From Eledone cirrhosa (lineage: Eukaryota), in assembly GCA_964016885.1 (NCBI GenBank), contig OZ024746.1, positions 73,842,001 through 73,906,000 of the forward strand: a DNA stretch of 64,000 nt. The letters are read 5' to 3'. Each line of letters opens with the position of its first letter. Positions within the stretch are counted from its first letter, which is position 1. Positions 42,282 to 58,925 of this stretch are shown here, one piece after another. A program made the position numbers and the translations under genes. A model generated the notes under the pieces. The model did no database searches and had not been told where the DNA came from. It was given only the letters and a program-made list of their open reading frames with translations.

Positions 42282-42900
42282 TCCAGGGAGTGTAACGTGC
42301 AGTTACTGTAGCTTCATCCGGGTGAACACTCGATGTTTAGGTTCACTTCAGTGTCAAGGTGTAGAGCTAGACAGAGTGTAATATAATAATTGTTTCTACT
42401 GTTGGCACAAGGCCAGCAATTACCCAGCGCATACCTGGTAGTTTATTTTATCGACCCCGTAAGGATGAAAGGCAAAGTTAACCTCGGCGGGATTTGAACT
42501 CAGAATGGAAAGGGCCGTAACTCTATGCGTCAAAGCATGGCGTCCGACCCTCTACCGATACTGCCAATCCACCGCCCTGTGTAATATAATAATTGTTTCT
42601 ACTTTTGGCAAAAGGCCAGCAATTACCCAGTGTATTACTGGTACTTTATTTTATCGACCCCGTAAGGATGAAAGGCAAAGTTAACCTCGGCAGGATTTGA
42701 ACTCAGACCGTAAAGGGACGTAACTATGCTCGAAAGATGGCGTCCGACCCTCTACCAATACTGCCAATCCAATGCAAGGACGAATGGTTACTCCTTCATT
42801 ACGTTTATTAGTTGGTGATGCACGTTCCACTATTGATCAGCTCAAGGTTCGATCTGCATCTATTTGGCCCGACTCTGGAATCAAAAGCTCGTCGGACCTC
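42282..42900 (-). mobile_element. Second GAAACGCGCGTC-family terminus split by two tandem SINEs (42385-42770)
   Basis: 42282-42383 matches 41621-41722 and 42775-42900 matches 41735-41860; gtgtaatata is duplicated around the first SINE. Confidence 0.8.
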
Positions 42901-43004
42901 TGTATTAGTAATGACATTCAAAGTTTAATTATTTATTTTTTAACATAATAAATACATGAAAATATATTTCATACTTTGTCCTAATGAAGAACTTCAGGGT
43001 AAAC

Positions 43005-43412
43005 AAGGTGCTTTTTTGTTGATTTACGTTTGATTAATAGAAATCTCCCTGATAATAGAGGTTCCAGTACTCAAGTTATGGGCTTCCAAAATGTTCACTA
43101 TAGGGGGTTTAACCCCCATTAGAGTGTCTTAATATTATTGAAATTTGCTGAAATTTGTGAATAGTCATCATATCTTGTCATTTACTTATGGTTTAAATTT
43201 CATATAAATCGAAGGGAAAAATGTTCAGTGGGGGTTTGTGCCCCCGGGGAACCCATTGATTAAAATGAAATATACTTATCCAAATACGCTGGGCAATGTA
43301 GTTTCAGAATATATATGGTTATGGGGGTCTATCTCCAAAACCATAGGGTTTATCTCCAAAACCATAGTAGGAGTTCGTGAACAAACAAACAAACAGACAA
43401 CTTTATATATAT
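43005..43412 (-). mobile_element. Non-autonomous Helitron-like copy (same family as 56832-57387)
   Basis: Extended similarity from tttttgttgatttacgttt to acaaacaaacagaca. Confidence 0.75.
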
Positions 43413-43480
43413 ATAAAAATATCCTTCCATATATATAATATTTCTTGAGGAAATTTTTCAAATATTTCACTATGTTTTAA

Positions 43481-43553
43481 ATTGCCTTGTCTGACGAACG
43501 AATGCGTTTCTTGTATTCGTCTTATTCGGGAAACCTCTGATAATGAGGTAATT
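43481..43553 (+). ncRNA. Hammerhead ribozyme copy (21648 family), slightly degenerate
   Basis: attgccttgt CTGACGA acgaat...attcgg GAAAC ctctg ATA atgaggtaat. Confidence 0.65.
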
Positions 43554-44333
43554 ATATTGTATTGTTTATTATACATTATATATATATATATATATATATA
43601 CATATATATATGTAAAACATGTGTGTGCGTCCGTGTATATATATATATGAGTGTGTGTGTATGTACGTATGACACTAGGCTTTCCCATTTCTTGAAATAA
43701 ATTATCAGGCAATCATCATAATAAAATCATAACTAACAATTTAAAATATTCCAATTACTCAGAATAATAGAAATGATAGAGTATTGGACAATAAGTTAAT
43801 GGCTCAGAGTATATAAGTTGGAATATTCTAGAGAATCGGTTGTTATTTATTGGATTATTGTTGATGTATTTTATTCAATTGTGCACGAATTTCAGAATTA
43901 CAGTGTATTTTTGAATCGCATATATATTTTACATATTCTTTTGCTATGTATATTGAGTATACACTTTCGTTCATGTACTTAAATTTTATATCGCACACAC
44001 ACACACACAGACGCGTGTGCACCAATATGTATACACATAAATAATACATTATGGTTTCTGATTTAAGTTGAAAAATTTGTGGGGAAAGTGAATTTTGATA
44101 CATCTAGCACCCTTCTTGATTGGTACTTAATTGTATCGATCTCGGAAGGCTGAAAGATAATGTGTACCTACGCCGGATTTGAAAAAGTAAAGAGCAGAAA
44201 CGAATATCGCAGTGTTTGCGCGCATGTTTTTCATTTGATAGGAGCTGTGTATAAAATATATGTGTTTGTATGTATGTGCATACCGCCTTGTCACTGTTGC
44301 TCCAAAATCTATACCCCTTACACACACACACAC

Positions 44334-44375
<42 letters not shown>

Positions 44376-45341
44376 GTATGTATATGTATACATACATATA
44401 TATATATATGTATGTATATATGTATATATATATATGTGTGAGTGTGTGTGTGTGTGTGTGTATACATACACACACATTCATACATTCATACATATAGTAG
44501 AGCACATCCACGGATACATTTTTATTCCATGTTTAGCAAGACAGTATGGCAAAAGATGGTGGCGAGGGTTGACAGTGAGATTCTACTATTAACCTTATGG
44601 AGAGCCCTTTGTAGATTAAATACATTTTGTTGAAGATCAGTTCCGTAATAAGAAAGAAGAAAAAATAATAAAAATATAGAAAAGAGAAAACAAAGACCCT
44701 CACCTCAGTCCTCACCACATCTCTCCAACACAAATAAGATAGAAAAAGAAAAGAAGGGGACAATATCCTTCCATATATATATATATATATATAATAACGA
44801 GAGTAAAATATCAGTCTTTACGCCCCTCCTTACAAAAATAAATAAATATAACGATAATCTTGATATATTCAACCTGTCCTTTCGCACCCCCTTTTCTTCT
44901 TCTTCTTCTTCTTCTTCTTCTTCTCCTTCTTCTTCTTCTTCTTCTTCTTCTTCTTCTTTCTTCCTTTCTTTCTTTTTCTTCTTTCTTTCTTCTTCTTCTT
45001 CTGTTGCTGCTGTTGTTACTGTTGCATCTTTCTTCTTCATCTTTGAGATAGATCAATTGAGCTTCCATAAAAGTAATCCTTTTCCCAAGCCAAAAGAGGA
45101 ATATGGAGGGGCAAGGGAGGAAAAAGAAACGAAGAAGGATAGGTAGAAAGTAAAAGGAAAAGAAGACCAAAACGTAAAGAAAACTAAGATAAAACTAAAA
45201 TAAAATACAATACAAGATAGAGTGTTAGTAAAGATTGCTTAATACGGAAAACCCTCTTTTGCGGCCAAACGCTGGTTATGTTTTTCGTTATCTTATATGT
45301 TTTGCTGTGCTCCCGACCTGTCAACTGTGGCATACGTCACT

Positions 45342-47450
<2,109 letters not shown>

Positions 47451-47734
47451 TAATGATAGATATAGAAAAATGGGTTTTGACATGGAGGAAAGAGAGAGAA
47501 TGTGAAAGTTTACGCATATAATAATATAAAGAAAGCAAAGGAGGGTTCGTATGGGGACAAATATACACGCAGGCGTATATACTTTATAATATGTATATAA
47601 TATTATATAATGTTATATATATATGTGTGTATGTATATATATATATATATATATATGTATGAAAATATACGTTATGTCAAGGGGTTGAACAGCTGAAAAA
47701 TATAAAATCCAGAGTGAGGGTGAGATAGCTATAG

Positions 47735-47796
<62 letters not shown>

Positions 47797-47900
47797 GAGT
47801 GAGAGGGAGAGGGAAAGAAAGATGAGGAGAGGAACCGAGTGAGATAGAATAAAATATAAACGAAAAGATCAACATAAAGAAATCATCGACCAAAATATCA

Positions 47901-47938
<38 letters not shown>

Positions 47939-48021
47939 TGAGAGAGAAATAGAGAAAGAGAGGAAGTGAAAGAGAGAGAGAGAGAGAGTGAGAGAGAGAG
48001 AAATAGAGAAAGAGAGGAAGT

Positions 48022-48086
<65 letters not shown>

Positions 48087-48191
48087 AGAGAGGAGAGAGA
48101 GAGAGATGTCAATGATTAAAGATTAACTGAAAGAATGAATATGAAGAGATGGACAGAAGAACGGGTGATATATATATATATATATATATAC

Positions 48192-48276
<85 letters not shown>

Positions 48277-49384
48277 CAGAGTGAGCGAATGAGAAATATT
48301 GTGAGTGAAGGGGGGGGGGGGGTACCGTGAGAGAAGAATAAAAGTGTATGAGAGATAGAAAGGGACACAGATAAGAAATTGGACAGAAGGTCAAATTGAA
48401 ACTGAAGAAAAAAAAAAGAAAACCGACAGATATTCGATGTAAGTCGTAGTGGTGGAGATAGTGTTGACGAGGGGAGAAGATGGTAATTTTCCTAAAGGTA
48501 AGAACTAAGACACTGATGCTTCAAGTAGGTAGGTAACATTGGAAAGAAGCTTCAATATTTTGACATGAAGGACAGTTAATGGTCCTGACGACCAAAACAG
48601 AAACTAGCAACGGAAAAATGATAAGCCATTATTATGTGTTAACTCTTCTCAACTAATGTAGCCAGCGGTGGCTGACAGGGTTTCACTGTTGTTGCTATCT
48701 CCAAGTATCACATGATTTAATGGGATCCGTTATCTAACCGATGCGCCCTAGACCGCCCTAGCCCGTCCTACCACGCCGCGATATGTTTCATCATTGATAT
48801 AAGAGGGAAAATGGAATGGCAAAGTAAATAAATTGTTGGGTATCTCAGCTAAAAACTCAGTTGTTCGCATTCTACCACTGTCAGTGTGGCTGACCTTTCA
48901 TGGGTTAAAACAATACTTCCCAAAACAATGAAGCTTTTTTCTCTTCCATCCTTTTCTTTAGTATGAGGGTATGTAAGAAACCTAAAGTATGTTTTAAATA
49001 GCTTAGTTAGGAGGTAGGAGTGGCTACCGAGATACATAGGCAGTAGCTAGGAAGCCAAACTAGACACCTTTATCTTTCTCTATTCGAAAAATGATTCCAA
49101 TTAAGACATTGAAGGGGAAAGGGGTAGTGTTAAACCGAGTGACGGATTAAATTTAGTTCCCATATATGCCATATATGGACCCAAAACACCCAGAAACATA
49201 AGAAACTCTAATGAGTCTGTCGAACGCCGTTCTCAGCTGGTAATTTATTTATCGACTGCGGAAGTATGAAAGTCAAGTCAAATTTGATTTCGGTGGCATA
49301 TGAATCTAGAAAGCAAGTAGTTAAACGTGATGAGAACACGGCCACCTAGTTTACCATTAATCTAATTCTAGTGCTAGTAGTTTA

Positions 49385-49860
49385 GAAACTCTCTCCACAT
49401 TAATGAGAACCGGGTTTCTGAAAGATATAATTTCTGAAACAAGACGTCAAATCTGCCAGGAGATGCGGCCGGTAGATAGTCTCAGCAATGGAAAAACTAA
49501 TGGAAACATTGTTTCCTAGGTCAGATTTGAAAAGTTCCATCCCACTCGGGAAGCAAATAAGGTCTGGTAACTTGTGGATCATTTCCGTACATAATAAAAG
49601 ATATATCATCTATATTTACTTAACGATTATTCCAACACTACATGGACAATTGTGGTGAAATGCATGCTTCAGAAAATGATCGCTATGTATCCGGAGGTGT
49701 TTCCTGTATTTGCTATAGAAATGAAAAAATATAAGTCATTAACTAATATCGCTTTTATTTCATGCCAAGTACTACTCACTTGTACAATGTTTCCTGTATT
49801 AAATATGTTAAAATTAACTTCAATAATTGTCAAGTATTTTGTTCCATTAGCCTGTTGAGA
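49385..49860 (-). pseudogene. Probable decayed mariner transposase remnant; inverted partial copy at 50435-50515
   Basis: YRPHLLADLTS..NYIFQ resembles HPPYSPDLAPSDYHLF. tcaaatc.gacc.aggaaacaatgtttcc is shared in opposite orientation. Confidence 0.4.
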
Positions 49861-49916
49861 TCATACCTCAGTTGATGATAAAAGCTAATAAAAATTGATG
49901 CTCCTGCTGTTGCTGT

Positions 49917-49963
<47 letters not shown>

Positions 49964-50352
49964 ACTACTACTACTACTACTAAGTGGTAGGTAACCATAC
50001 AGGGTTGGTAACCGAGACTGCTCTGGTGTGTTTATAAATATACACATATCTAATATGTTGGAATGAAAATACGAATTTCAGAATAATATTAAAAGGGAAT
50101 GGGTATATAATCCCATCAAATACATGATTCCTTGTGGTTGTTTGGATGGTATACATGCCTTGGGGTCAGGTCTCAATTGTGTCCGAAAATCGATTAAAGA
50201 TGTTTATCATTTTTCAATTTAAAGGAAAACTCCTATTTTCTGTCACATTTGCATGCCTACATATTAGATATATGTATAATTATATAAACATTGGGTTACC
50301 CACTCTGTATGTATACAGATATAACTTTATCGTAGACTTCGGTTGTCAGCGC

Positions 50353-50428
<76 letters not shown>

Positions 50429-50521
50429 TTTAAACGATCGTCAAATCGGACCGAGGAAACAATGTTTCCGTTGGTCTTTCCAATTGCTAATACTCTCTAT
50501 CGGTCGCAACTCCAGGTAGAA

Positions 50522-50729
<208 letters not shown>

Positions 50730-50904
50730 TTAGTATATTTACCAACATATGCGTACAGATGTATACTAATGCTAGCAAATACATAAGTTATGTCATAGTA
50801 CCTAGGTGGTTCAATGCAGTGGGGTGTAGAACAATTATATGAAAGACGTAAAATAAGAAAATTTAAAAAATTAAAAATTAACTTACTTACTAAAATTTTA
50901 CATC

Positions 50905-50970
<66 letters not shown>

Positions 50971-50976
<6 letters not shown>

Positions 50977-51606
50977 ATACTTTGGGAGGGTCATGTTGCC
51001 AATAAGAAACACACGCACCAGTTGCTTTCACTTCAATTTATTATATATTTATAAATTTATAAATTTATAAATTTACAAATCCACAAATTTATAAATTTCT
51101 GGTTGGTTGGTTGGTTCCACAACCAGATAGTTGTTTATATATAGTCATAGTCCTTTCGTCACACACTCTGTGACCTCTTCGGTGACTGGGGATTCCTTTC
51201 TTTGTTTCTGTGCCTTTCCTTTCTTCTGTCCTACGCCATTTTGTTTTCAAAACCATTTTGTATATCAAAATTTTGTATATCAAAACAAAATGGCGTAGGA
51301 CAGAAGAAAGGAAAGGCACAGAAACAAAGAAAGGAATCCCCAGTCACTGAAGAGGTCACAGAGTGTGTGACGAAAGGACTATGACTATATATAAACAACT
51401 ATCTGGTTGTGGAACCAACCAACCAACCAGAAATTTATAAATTTGTAGATTTGTAAATTTATAAATTTATAAATATATAATAAATTGAAGTGAAAGCAAC
51501 TGGTGCGTGTGTTTCTTATTGGCAACATGACCCTCCCAAAGTATAACAATATCGGTTTCAACACACGATTTCAGATAAAGAATCTTGCTAAACAAATTCA
51601 GAAACG

Positions 51607-51610
<4 letters not shown>
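50971..51610. mobile_element. Largest asymmetric palindromic PLE-like terminus, with two hammerheads
   Basis: ~275-bp near-identical arms (50971-51247 and 51282-51550) and a 60-bp tail; (TA)n on both sides. Confidence 0.9.
51342..51386 (+). ncRNA. Minimal type I hammerhead ribozyme
   Basis: agtca CTGAAGA g gtcaca gagtg tgtgac GAAA G ga C TA tgact. The opposite-arm copy (51143-51187) has CCGAAGA. Confidence 0.75.
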
Positions 51611-51655
<45 letters not shown>

Positions 51656-51823
51656 TATGTATGTATGTATACGTACATACATATATGTATAGAGACGTAC
51701 AGTAGTATGCATATAATGCACGTATCGGTTTACCGAACATTTATTATAATGCTCGGTTTGTTTGTTTGTAAACAAACAAACAGCCCGAATTACGCCGTAC
51801 AGTGTTTCGTTTCATTCTATTCC

Positions 51824-51880
<57 letters not shown>

Positions 51881-51933
51881 GATATACATATACATGCATA
51901 CACACTCACACACACACACACACACATATATAT

Positions 51934-52023
<90 letters not shown>

Positions 52024-52098
52024 CATATATATATACATATATATATAATATATATGTGTGTGTGTGTGTGTGAGTGCGTATGCATGTATATATATATT

Positions 52099-52199
<101 letters not shown>

Positions 52200-53025
52200 A
52201 TAGAGAGATAGGGAGATGGGGGGGGGGGGAGAAAACGAAAAAAAGGTGTATTATAAAGGTGATTTATATAACCAATCTGTGTCGAAGTATCTAATGTTCT
52301 AAGATTCCGTAGTTCCCACTGATAATTCCGGACTACATTTCATATCACTTTATTTACTTATTTCACTTAAACCATAAGTGGAGCCAATCTTTCTTCATTA
52401 CCATTTACACACTCTTTCCCCCTTGATAGAAGTACTGATTGGTAACCTTAGTTAGTACTTAAGCTTAACATCCCATAAAAAATTACTATCAGTTTGCACC
52501 CATTTTAAAAATAAAAGATAAAGTAAAATACAGAAAGTTCCTCCACCCACTGCTGCCATCAAAGATATTCGAACCTAGCTTTATCAAGACTATTATCACA
52601 ATAAAATCCTTCATCGGTCTATAAAGTCTATATCGTATTACTTAGAAAATCTTTCTAACAAACATGTATTCGTGTTCGTTTGGAAACGTTAAAGAGTAAC
52701 GAAGACGGAAAAATATATAAACTGTTATTATTTGGAAGCAAAAGCGGGATAACAACTTGGTATTTTATTCCTTTATATTTCTCTTTAATGTTTTAATCCC
52801 GAGACTGAGGTTTTGATATGGATTTGAGTCGAATGCATACTCTATATGTTGCATCTTTAATAGGAATTGGAATGGCCAAAGACAAATCCAATCCGAGAGA
52901 AAAGGCATATATCTATACATGACAAGACATTTTTGTTTGGTGCCTTTACCAACTCCAATTTTCCGTCCCTTCCATCTCTCTCTCTATCTCTCTCTCTCTC
53001 ACTCTCTCTTTCACTCTCTCTCTCA

Positions 53026-53056
<31 letters not shown>

Positions 53057-53061
53057 GTATA

Positions 53062-53190
53062 TCAAAAAGGGTGTGGTAAAATACCAGGTGGACTAGAGTA
53101 CTCGATACTTGGAGTAGTAGAGTGGGTAATAAGAAAAGATTCAGGTCCCCGACGACTGAGCCCCGGCCGGTTCGATAGCTAGATCCGATA
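53062..53190 (-). mobile_element. Older copy of the ggcttgagctcagcc family
   Basis: gtgtggtaaaataccaggtggac...gtagagtgggtaataag...ccccgacgactgagc. Confidence 0.7.
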
Positions 53191-53199
53191 TATATATAG

Positions 53200-53460
53200 T
53201 TCAAGATTAACAAAACAAAAACAGATTCAAAAACACAAAGTCTTATTATTTTTACGCTAGAGATCGAAGATACTGAAGAAAAAAAAAATGATTCAACGTT
53301 TCTGACATAAGTCCTTCATTAGGACAGAGAAAGTTTCGGAGAGAGTGCAAGTTGGAAAGGCTGGAGAGATAAAAAAATACTTTAATATAGATGGAGATGG
53401 CAGGTAAATATTCCGGCGCGTGCAAGTGGAGGCCGAGGTAGTACCCAGGTGTATCATTGA
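53200..53460 (-). mobile_element. PLE-like 3' end with a mutated minimal hammerhead
   Basis: Reverse complement tgtc CTAATGA aggacttatgtca GAAAC GTT ga at 53293-53326 resembles the CTGATGAAGGGCTTATGCCCGAAACGTC type. Confidence 0.55.
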
Positions 53461-53597
53461 TACTGTCAAGTGTGTGTAGATGGAGTGCATTTCGTGGGTG
53501 TATATGTCGTTGATGTTTTATTTGTCTTTGTGTGTGAGTGCATATTCCGTGTATAGTCGATGGAAGTGTGCGTCTGTATGTACATACACTCATACGC

Positions 53598-53687
<90 letters not shown>

Positions 53688-53957
53688 CACGCACACACAC
53701 ATATATATATATACTTTGGTTCGTGAAGACGTTCCCTGGCAATGAACGGAAAAAAAGCGAAGATAATAAGTTTTTTCAAAAGAAAGAATAAAATGTTTTA
53801 TGTGGACAGGAAATGATTATTTCATTTTTCGAATAGAGAAGGATAATGTTTGAAATATATGGACGAATTGTCAAATATTCATTACATTTATTGAGGTGTA
53901 ACGTTAAGAAAATAGTTTCTTAACGCTGTCCGGGAATCATTCCGTCATTACGCTAAC

Positions 53958-54060
53958 AGAAGTCTGATGAGCTTTTGATTCCAGAGTCGGGCCCAATCAA
54001 CACAGTTCGAACCTTGAACTGATCAATCACGAAACGCGCGTCAAACTTCAATAAATGTAA
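53958..54060 (+). ncRNA. Hammerhead-like motif with expanded stem II (GAAACGCGCGTC family)
   Basis: gaagt CTGATGA g(~60 nt)c GAAAC gcgc GTC aaacttc AATAAA; intact core, imperfect stem I. Confidence 0.6.
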
Positions 54061-54098
54061 TACAAATTCGACACCTCGGCCATATTATTATTATTATC

Positions 54099-54129
<31 letters not shown>

Positions 54130-54131
<2 letters not shown>

Positions 54132-54295
54132 GAAGGAAATGTGGTAAGGAACCAGGTGGACCATAACGCACCAAAGTACTCAATATTTAGGGTAGTAGAG
54201 TGGGTAATAGGAACGTTTCAAGCCGTTTCGACGGCTAATTCTCCAGAATTAGCCGTCGAAACGGCTTGAGCTCAGCCGTCGGGGTCCTACTCGTT

Positions 54296-54300
<5 letters not shown>
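54130..54300. mobile_element. Deleted palindromic copy of the ggcttgagctcagcc family
   Basis: tcaagccgtttcgacggctaattct cc agaattagccgtcgaaacggcttga; flanked by (TA)n. Confidence 0.8.
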
Positions 54301-54330
<30 letters not shown>

Positions 54331-56019
54331 CATGGGGTTTGTCGCAGCTTTCTTACAAGGATTTAACTACCCATGACGCTATTCGTGAAAGAACAATCAT
54401 CTTAACCACACAACCATCGTAACCCTGCCTGTAGATGTTTTTCAGTTTGTTGTGTTTTTATTAGATCAGTTTAAAATGTTTTTCTCTTGTAGCCTTATTT
54501 GATGAATATAAAGTCATAGATTCATTTGGAAGTTAATGTACGTAAGCACTAGAAATATAACTAATTTTCAAAGTTTACCATAAAATCTATTCATAGACTC
54601 GACTCATATGAGTTTATCTCTCAACTAAATTTAAGATGCATATGATATCTTTTTGTGTTGCATAACATCATCTCTTTTATTGGATCTAAATGCCAAACAG
54701 GTCGTAGTATACCGAGGAAGCGCTGACAAATATTAAGTTACCGAGTACCATGATTTACTATGGTTTCAATACCTTTTATTTCAGTAATAGAATTTTAGAC
54801 TTCTTCTTTAAAGTAATTCATGTATTTGAACTGAATGTATGATCTAAAAAATAATTTTAGAAACAACAACACATGCAAATAACAACAAAAAAAAAAACCG
54901 AAAATTATTTAAAGATAAATGATTTAAGAATGTTCTTTATAGTCAAGGAGGTTCTTGGAATAAATCTGATTTCTTATATGAATATATTCAATACACCATG
55001 TGACCATTTGAAAGAAATGCTTTCACTACTAAATTCTATGAAGAGATTAGTAACATGGAAGAACATACAACATACTGAATATTCTGAGAGCGAAAGGGAA
55101 AATGTTCATAGAATTCATTCGCTAACATATTTGTTAATTTTGGCTCCAAAATTTCTCCTCATTGTGTCACAACAAACCCCTAAAGCCCGAATCAGACCAG
55201 GTTCACTTCGCCTTTTCCTTCTCTTCAAATATTAATTTTGTTATTCATGATTTGAACCAGCTGCATGAACCTCATCTGTTTAGTTTACAAATGCCTTAGA
55301 TATTTCTCTATCCATCCAGACTGATCAATTTAAAACCTGCCATTACTCATATATTATAATATTTAATGTTTAATATATAATACATTATAATATTATAATA
55401 TTTAATTTTTTTAAAAACATCTTTTCCTTATTCGCAGTCTCTTAGGATTTGGTAGTGTAGGCATGAATGTATTTATTTATATAAGACATGGGGATCATGC
55501 CGTGGAACCTGTTTAACATATTATATACTGCTCCAATACAATTATTACCATAAAGGAAAATGACGATTAAATTTTTGAATTAGAACGAGGTAATGTTTTA
55601 AAACTGAAGCAATTAAACCGAGGAAGACACATCAGCAACATAGAAATACACAAACCGTTATATTCATTTTTACATACATTTAGTAAGAATGTTCTCATAT
55701 ATCAGTGTAGTTGTAGTCTCTTGAAATGTAGGAGTGAGTTCTTCCTAGAACATATTGGTGCGTACACCTACGTATACTCGTATATGTGTTCATTTGACGG
55801 TTTACACGTGCAGGTGCGTGTGTATGTATCAGTATGAGACACTGTAAAATTGTTGAAGTGACTTGGACGTCGTATGTTTTTCATTAACTTATTTACTTAT
55901 GGAGGTTTTGTGCCTGTCTGTTGCTTTACGCGGCTTAATATATGTGTAATATATCTGCTGAAACATATGCGTACGTGTCCTGTGTTCGTCACAAGTATAA
56001 AAATACACTCTTGACAGGT

Positions 56020-56200
56020 GCAATGTGTCCGAACACGGAGGAACCGAACTCCCACCGTCATCACCCCCATCTCTCTCGCCTTCCCCATCTCTCTGTATAG
56101 TGAACACATGGGATCCCACGTGCTGGCCGCCCCACAGTCCCAGCGGACAGAATTGAAAATGCGTTTCCCCGGAGGATTGTAAGGGAGATGCGCTGTAAGA
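56020..56200 (-). mobile_element. CRE-like element 3' end
   Basis: Reverse complement caatcctccggggaaacgcattttcaattctgtccgc (ILRGNAFSILSA); 3' UTR shared with 60600-60680. Confidence 0.65.
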
Positions 56201-56755
56201 GTCATTCCTGTGACTGTGTTTGAGTATTTGTTGAAACGGTGTGTAGTGGCTGTTGTTAAAAAGCGAGTAGAGAAAAATGTTTTCTTTTTTTTTTTTGCTG
56301 GTCTTAGGAAACGAGGCGAATTAGGGATATTATGTAGATTGCTTATTAAATTAATCAATTTATTTATTTTAAGGATAACAGAAGATTTTTGTATTCGTTA
56401 GAACACAAATATTGAGACAAAATTATTATTTGCAAAGGGAAATGAAAAAACAAATAAAAAGGGAAACGAACGTCGTATTCTATTGGGTTCTCATGTTAGT
56501 GCTATTAGATAACGTTATACTATAGAAGGAGGTATCTGTGAATATAAAGACATATAGAAATTGATTCTGTATGCCTATTTAATGATTTCGTTTGGTATTG
56601 GAACATTACAGCATTTGTTAGGTTACAAAGACTACAGAAAGATTAAATGTAAATCAAAGCTTTATTGAATGGAATATATTATTCTTAATAATGAAGTAGA
56701 TGTTAAAGCGTTTTTGTATATTTTGTTACTATGTACTATGTATCAGGTGTATATG

Positions 56756-56831
<76 letters not shown>

Positions 56832-56832
<1 letters not shown>

Positions 56833-57387
56833 TAGCCGAATTACTCGCGCCTTGCTGCGTTTCACACATTTTTTTGTAAGAAAATGATGATTTTTGTTGA
56901 TAATTTTTGTTGTCATAATTCTAGTGTTGTTTTGCCATAGATAAAATGTCTAAATTAGCCACATTTTACTATAAAAGAGAGGTGGTTTTTTGTTGATTTA
57001 CGTTTAATTAATAGAAAAACCCCGTGATAATAGAGGTTCCAATACTCAAGTTATGGGCTTCCAAAACTTTCACTATAGGGGGTTTAACCACCATTAGGGT
57101 GTCTTAATATTATTGAAATTTGCTGAAACTTTGTGAATATGCATCATATCTTGTCATTTACCTATGGTTTAAATTTCATATATATCGAAGGGAAAACTGT
57201 TTCAGCGGGGGTTTGTGCCTCGGGGAACCCTTTCATTAAAATGAAATATACTTATCCAAGTTCCCTGGGCAATGTAGTTTCAGAATATATATGGTTATAG
57301 GGGGGGGGGGGTCTATTTCCAAAACCATAGGAGGAGTTCATGAACACACAAACAAACAGACAGGAACTACAGCTTTATATATATAGA
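56832..57387 (-). mobile_element. Complete non-autonomous Helitron-like element
   Basis: Minus strand A/TCTATATATATAAAGCTG ... imperfect GC hairpin (acgcagcaaggcgcg) agtaattcggCTAG/T; no TSD. Confidence 0.75.
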
Positions 57388-58714
57388 TACACACGCACTC
57401 AGGCACGCACACACACACAGACAGACATACTCTCACATATAAATATTATACCAAACCACATAGAAACTGCTTTCAACAGTTGTAGATGTTATATCCATAT
57501 CACCCTAAAGCGGAAATATATTCCAGAATTGACCCATCTTTTTATTTCACCATCAGAAACTACATGAAACAACGTGTCTTTCTTTTCTTTTTAAGGCGTG
57601 AGGGTGTAATTTGAGGGAATTTGGCTGCTATCTCTAAACAAGCAGAAAGATTACAAATTAGCGCTCTCTTTGACTCTTCTTTATTAGTTGAATAAGATAT
57701 CTATATATACCAGTTATATGGTGCGGTGGAGCCAACATAACGAATCCCTTTAGATTCTCTACTTATGAAACTAATCATTATAGTTCATGTGTAATCTACG
57801 ATGGGTTTGCCAATGTAGGGGACTCATCGACGTTCAGTAAATTCAATTCTACAGTGAGGTATATTTGGCAATTGCTGATGTTGTCTATGCATTAGGATTA
57901 ATTACGTCTAGCGATATTGTTTACTATGATTTTCAGTCATTAGTTTCGCCTACTTTTCGCTACTGGTGAACAGTTTCCAGATAATCTTTCAAATCATCTA
58001 TCATAGATCATAAAATTGCATAGCTCTTATCTTTACTCCAGTTCAGCAATCCAGACATTGTAAATATATGTACATGCACCAAAATTCCTACATACACAAA
58101 ACCTACTATCCTCCGTATTCACCTACTCATAGCAAATACACACGTGCGAGGAGGAAACTGAAAATATGTAGATATATAAATAGTTACATGTGATACATGA
58201 ATATACGCGTGTGCACACATGCAGATACATTCACAAATATACACAGCCATACACACTCACGCATGTGTATGTATGTGTATGTATGTCAATGAGCGAATGC
58301 TTGTCCAAATACAGTGGATAAAAAGCACGAACACAGATAGAAATATGCATACATATACCCACCTATCTACCTACGTATTAATCTACATACCAGCCTACCT
58401 ACATACATGCATATATATCCACTCACATACGCATACACACACATACACACATACACACACACAAACACACACGGGCGCGCACACACACACACACAAACAC
58501 ACAAACACACAAACACATGTGTATCTATGAATATATGCATATACATGCACACACATATACAAACTCCCTAACACGTAAAGGCACACTAACGCAAGTACTC
58601 TCCTAACCGGAAACAACAATTTCACCCATTGGTAAACAGCATAACATAAATGGTATACATACATACATATATATATATATACATATACATATATATATAC
58701 ATATATACATACAC

Positions 58715-58745
<31 letters not shown>

Positions 58746-58925
58746 CGTTATTCCGGGTTGAATCGGAGGTAACCACAGTAAGTAAGGTACTCAATACATT
58801 GCAGAGTATAAAAGTTTTAATATAGATGAGATTCTACAGGACTAGAACTGTTTCATTCTTTAGAAATCATCAGGAATCCTGATGATTTCTAAAGAATGAA
58901 ACAGTTTTAGTCCTGTAGAATCTCA

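Noticed and set aside
50971-51610. MITE interpretation of the palindromes
   Set aside because: Arms are unequal, centres vary within a family, solo arms exist, and one family matches PLE termini.
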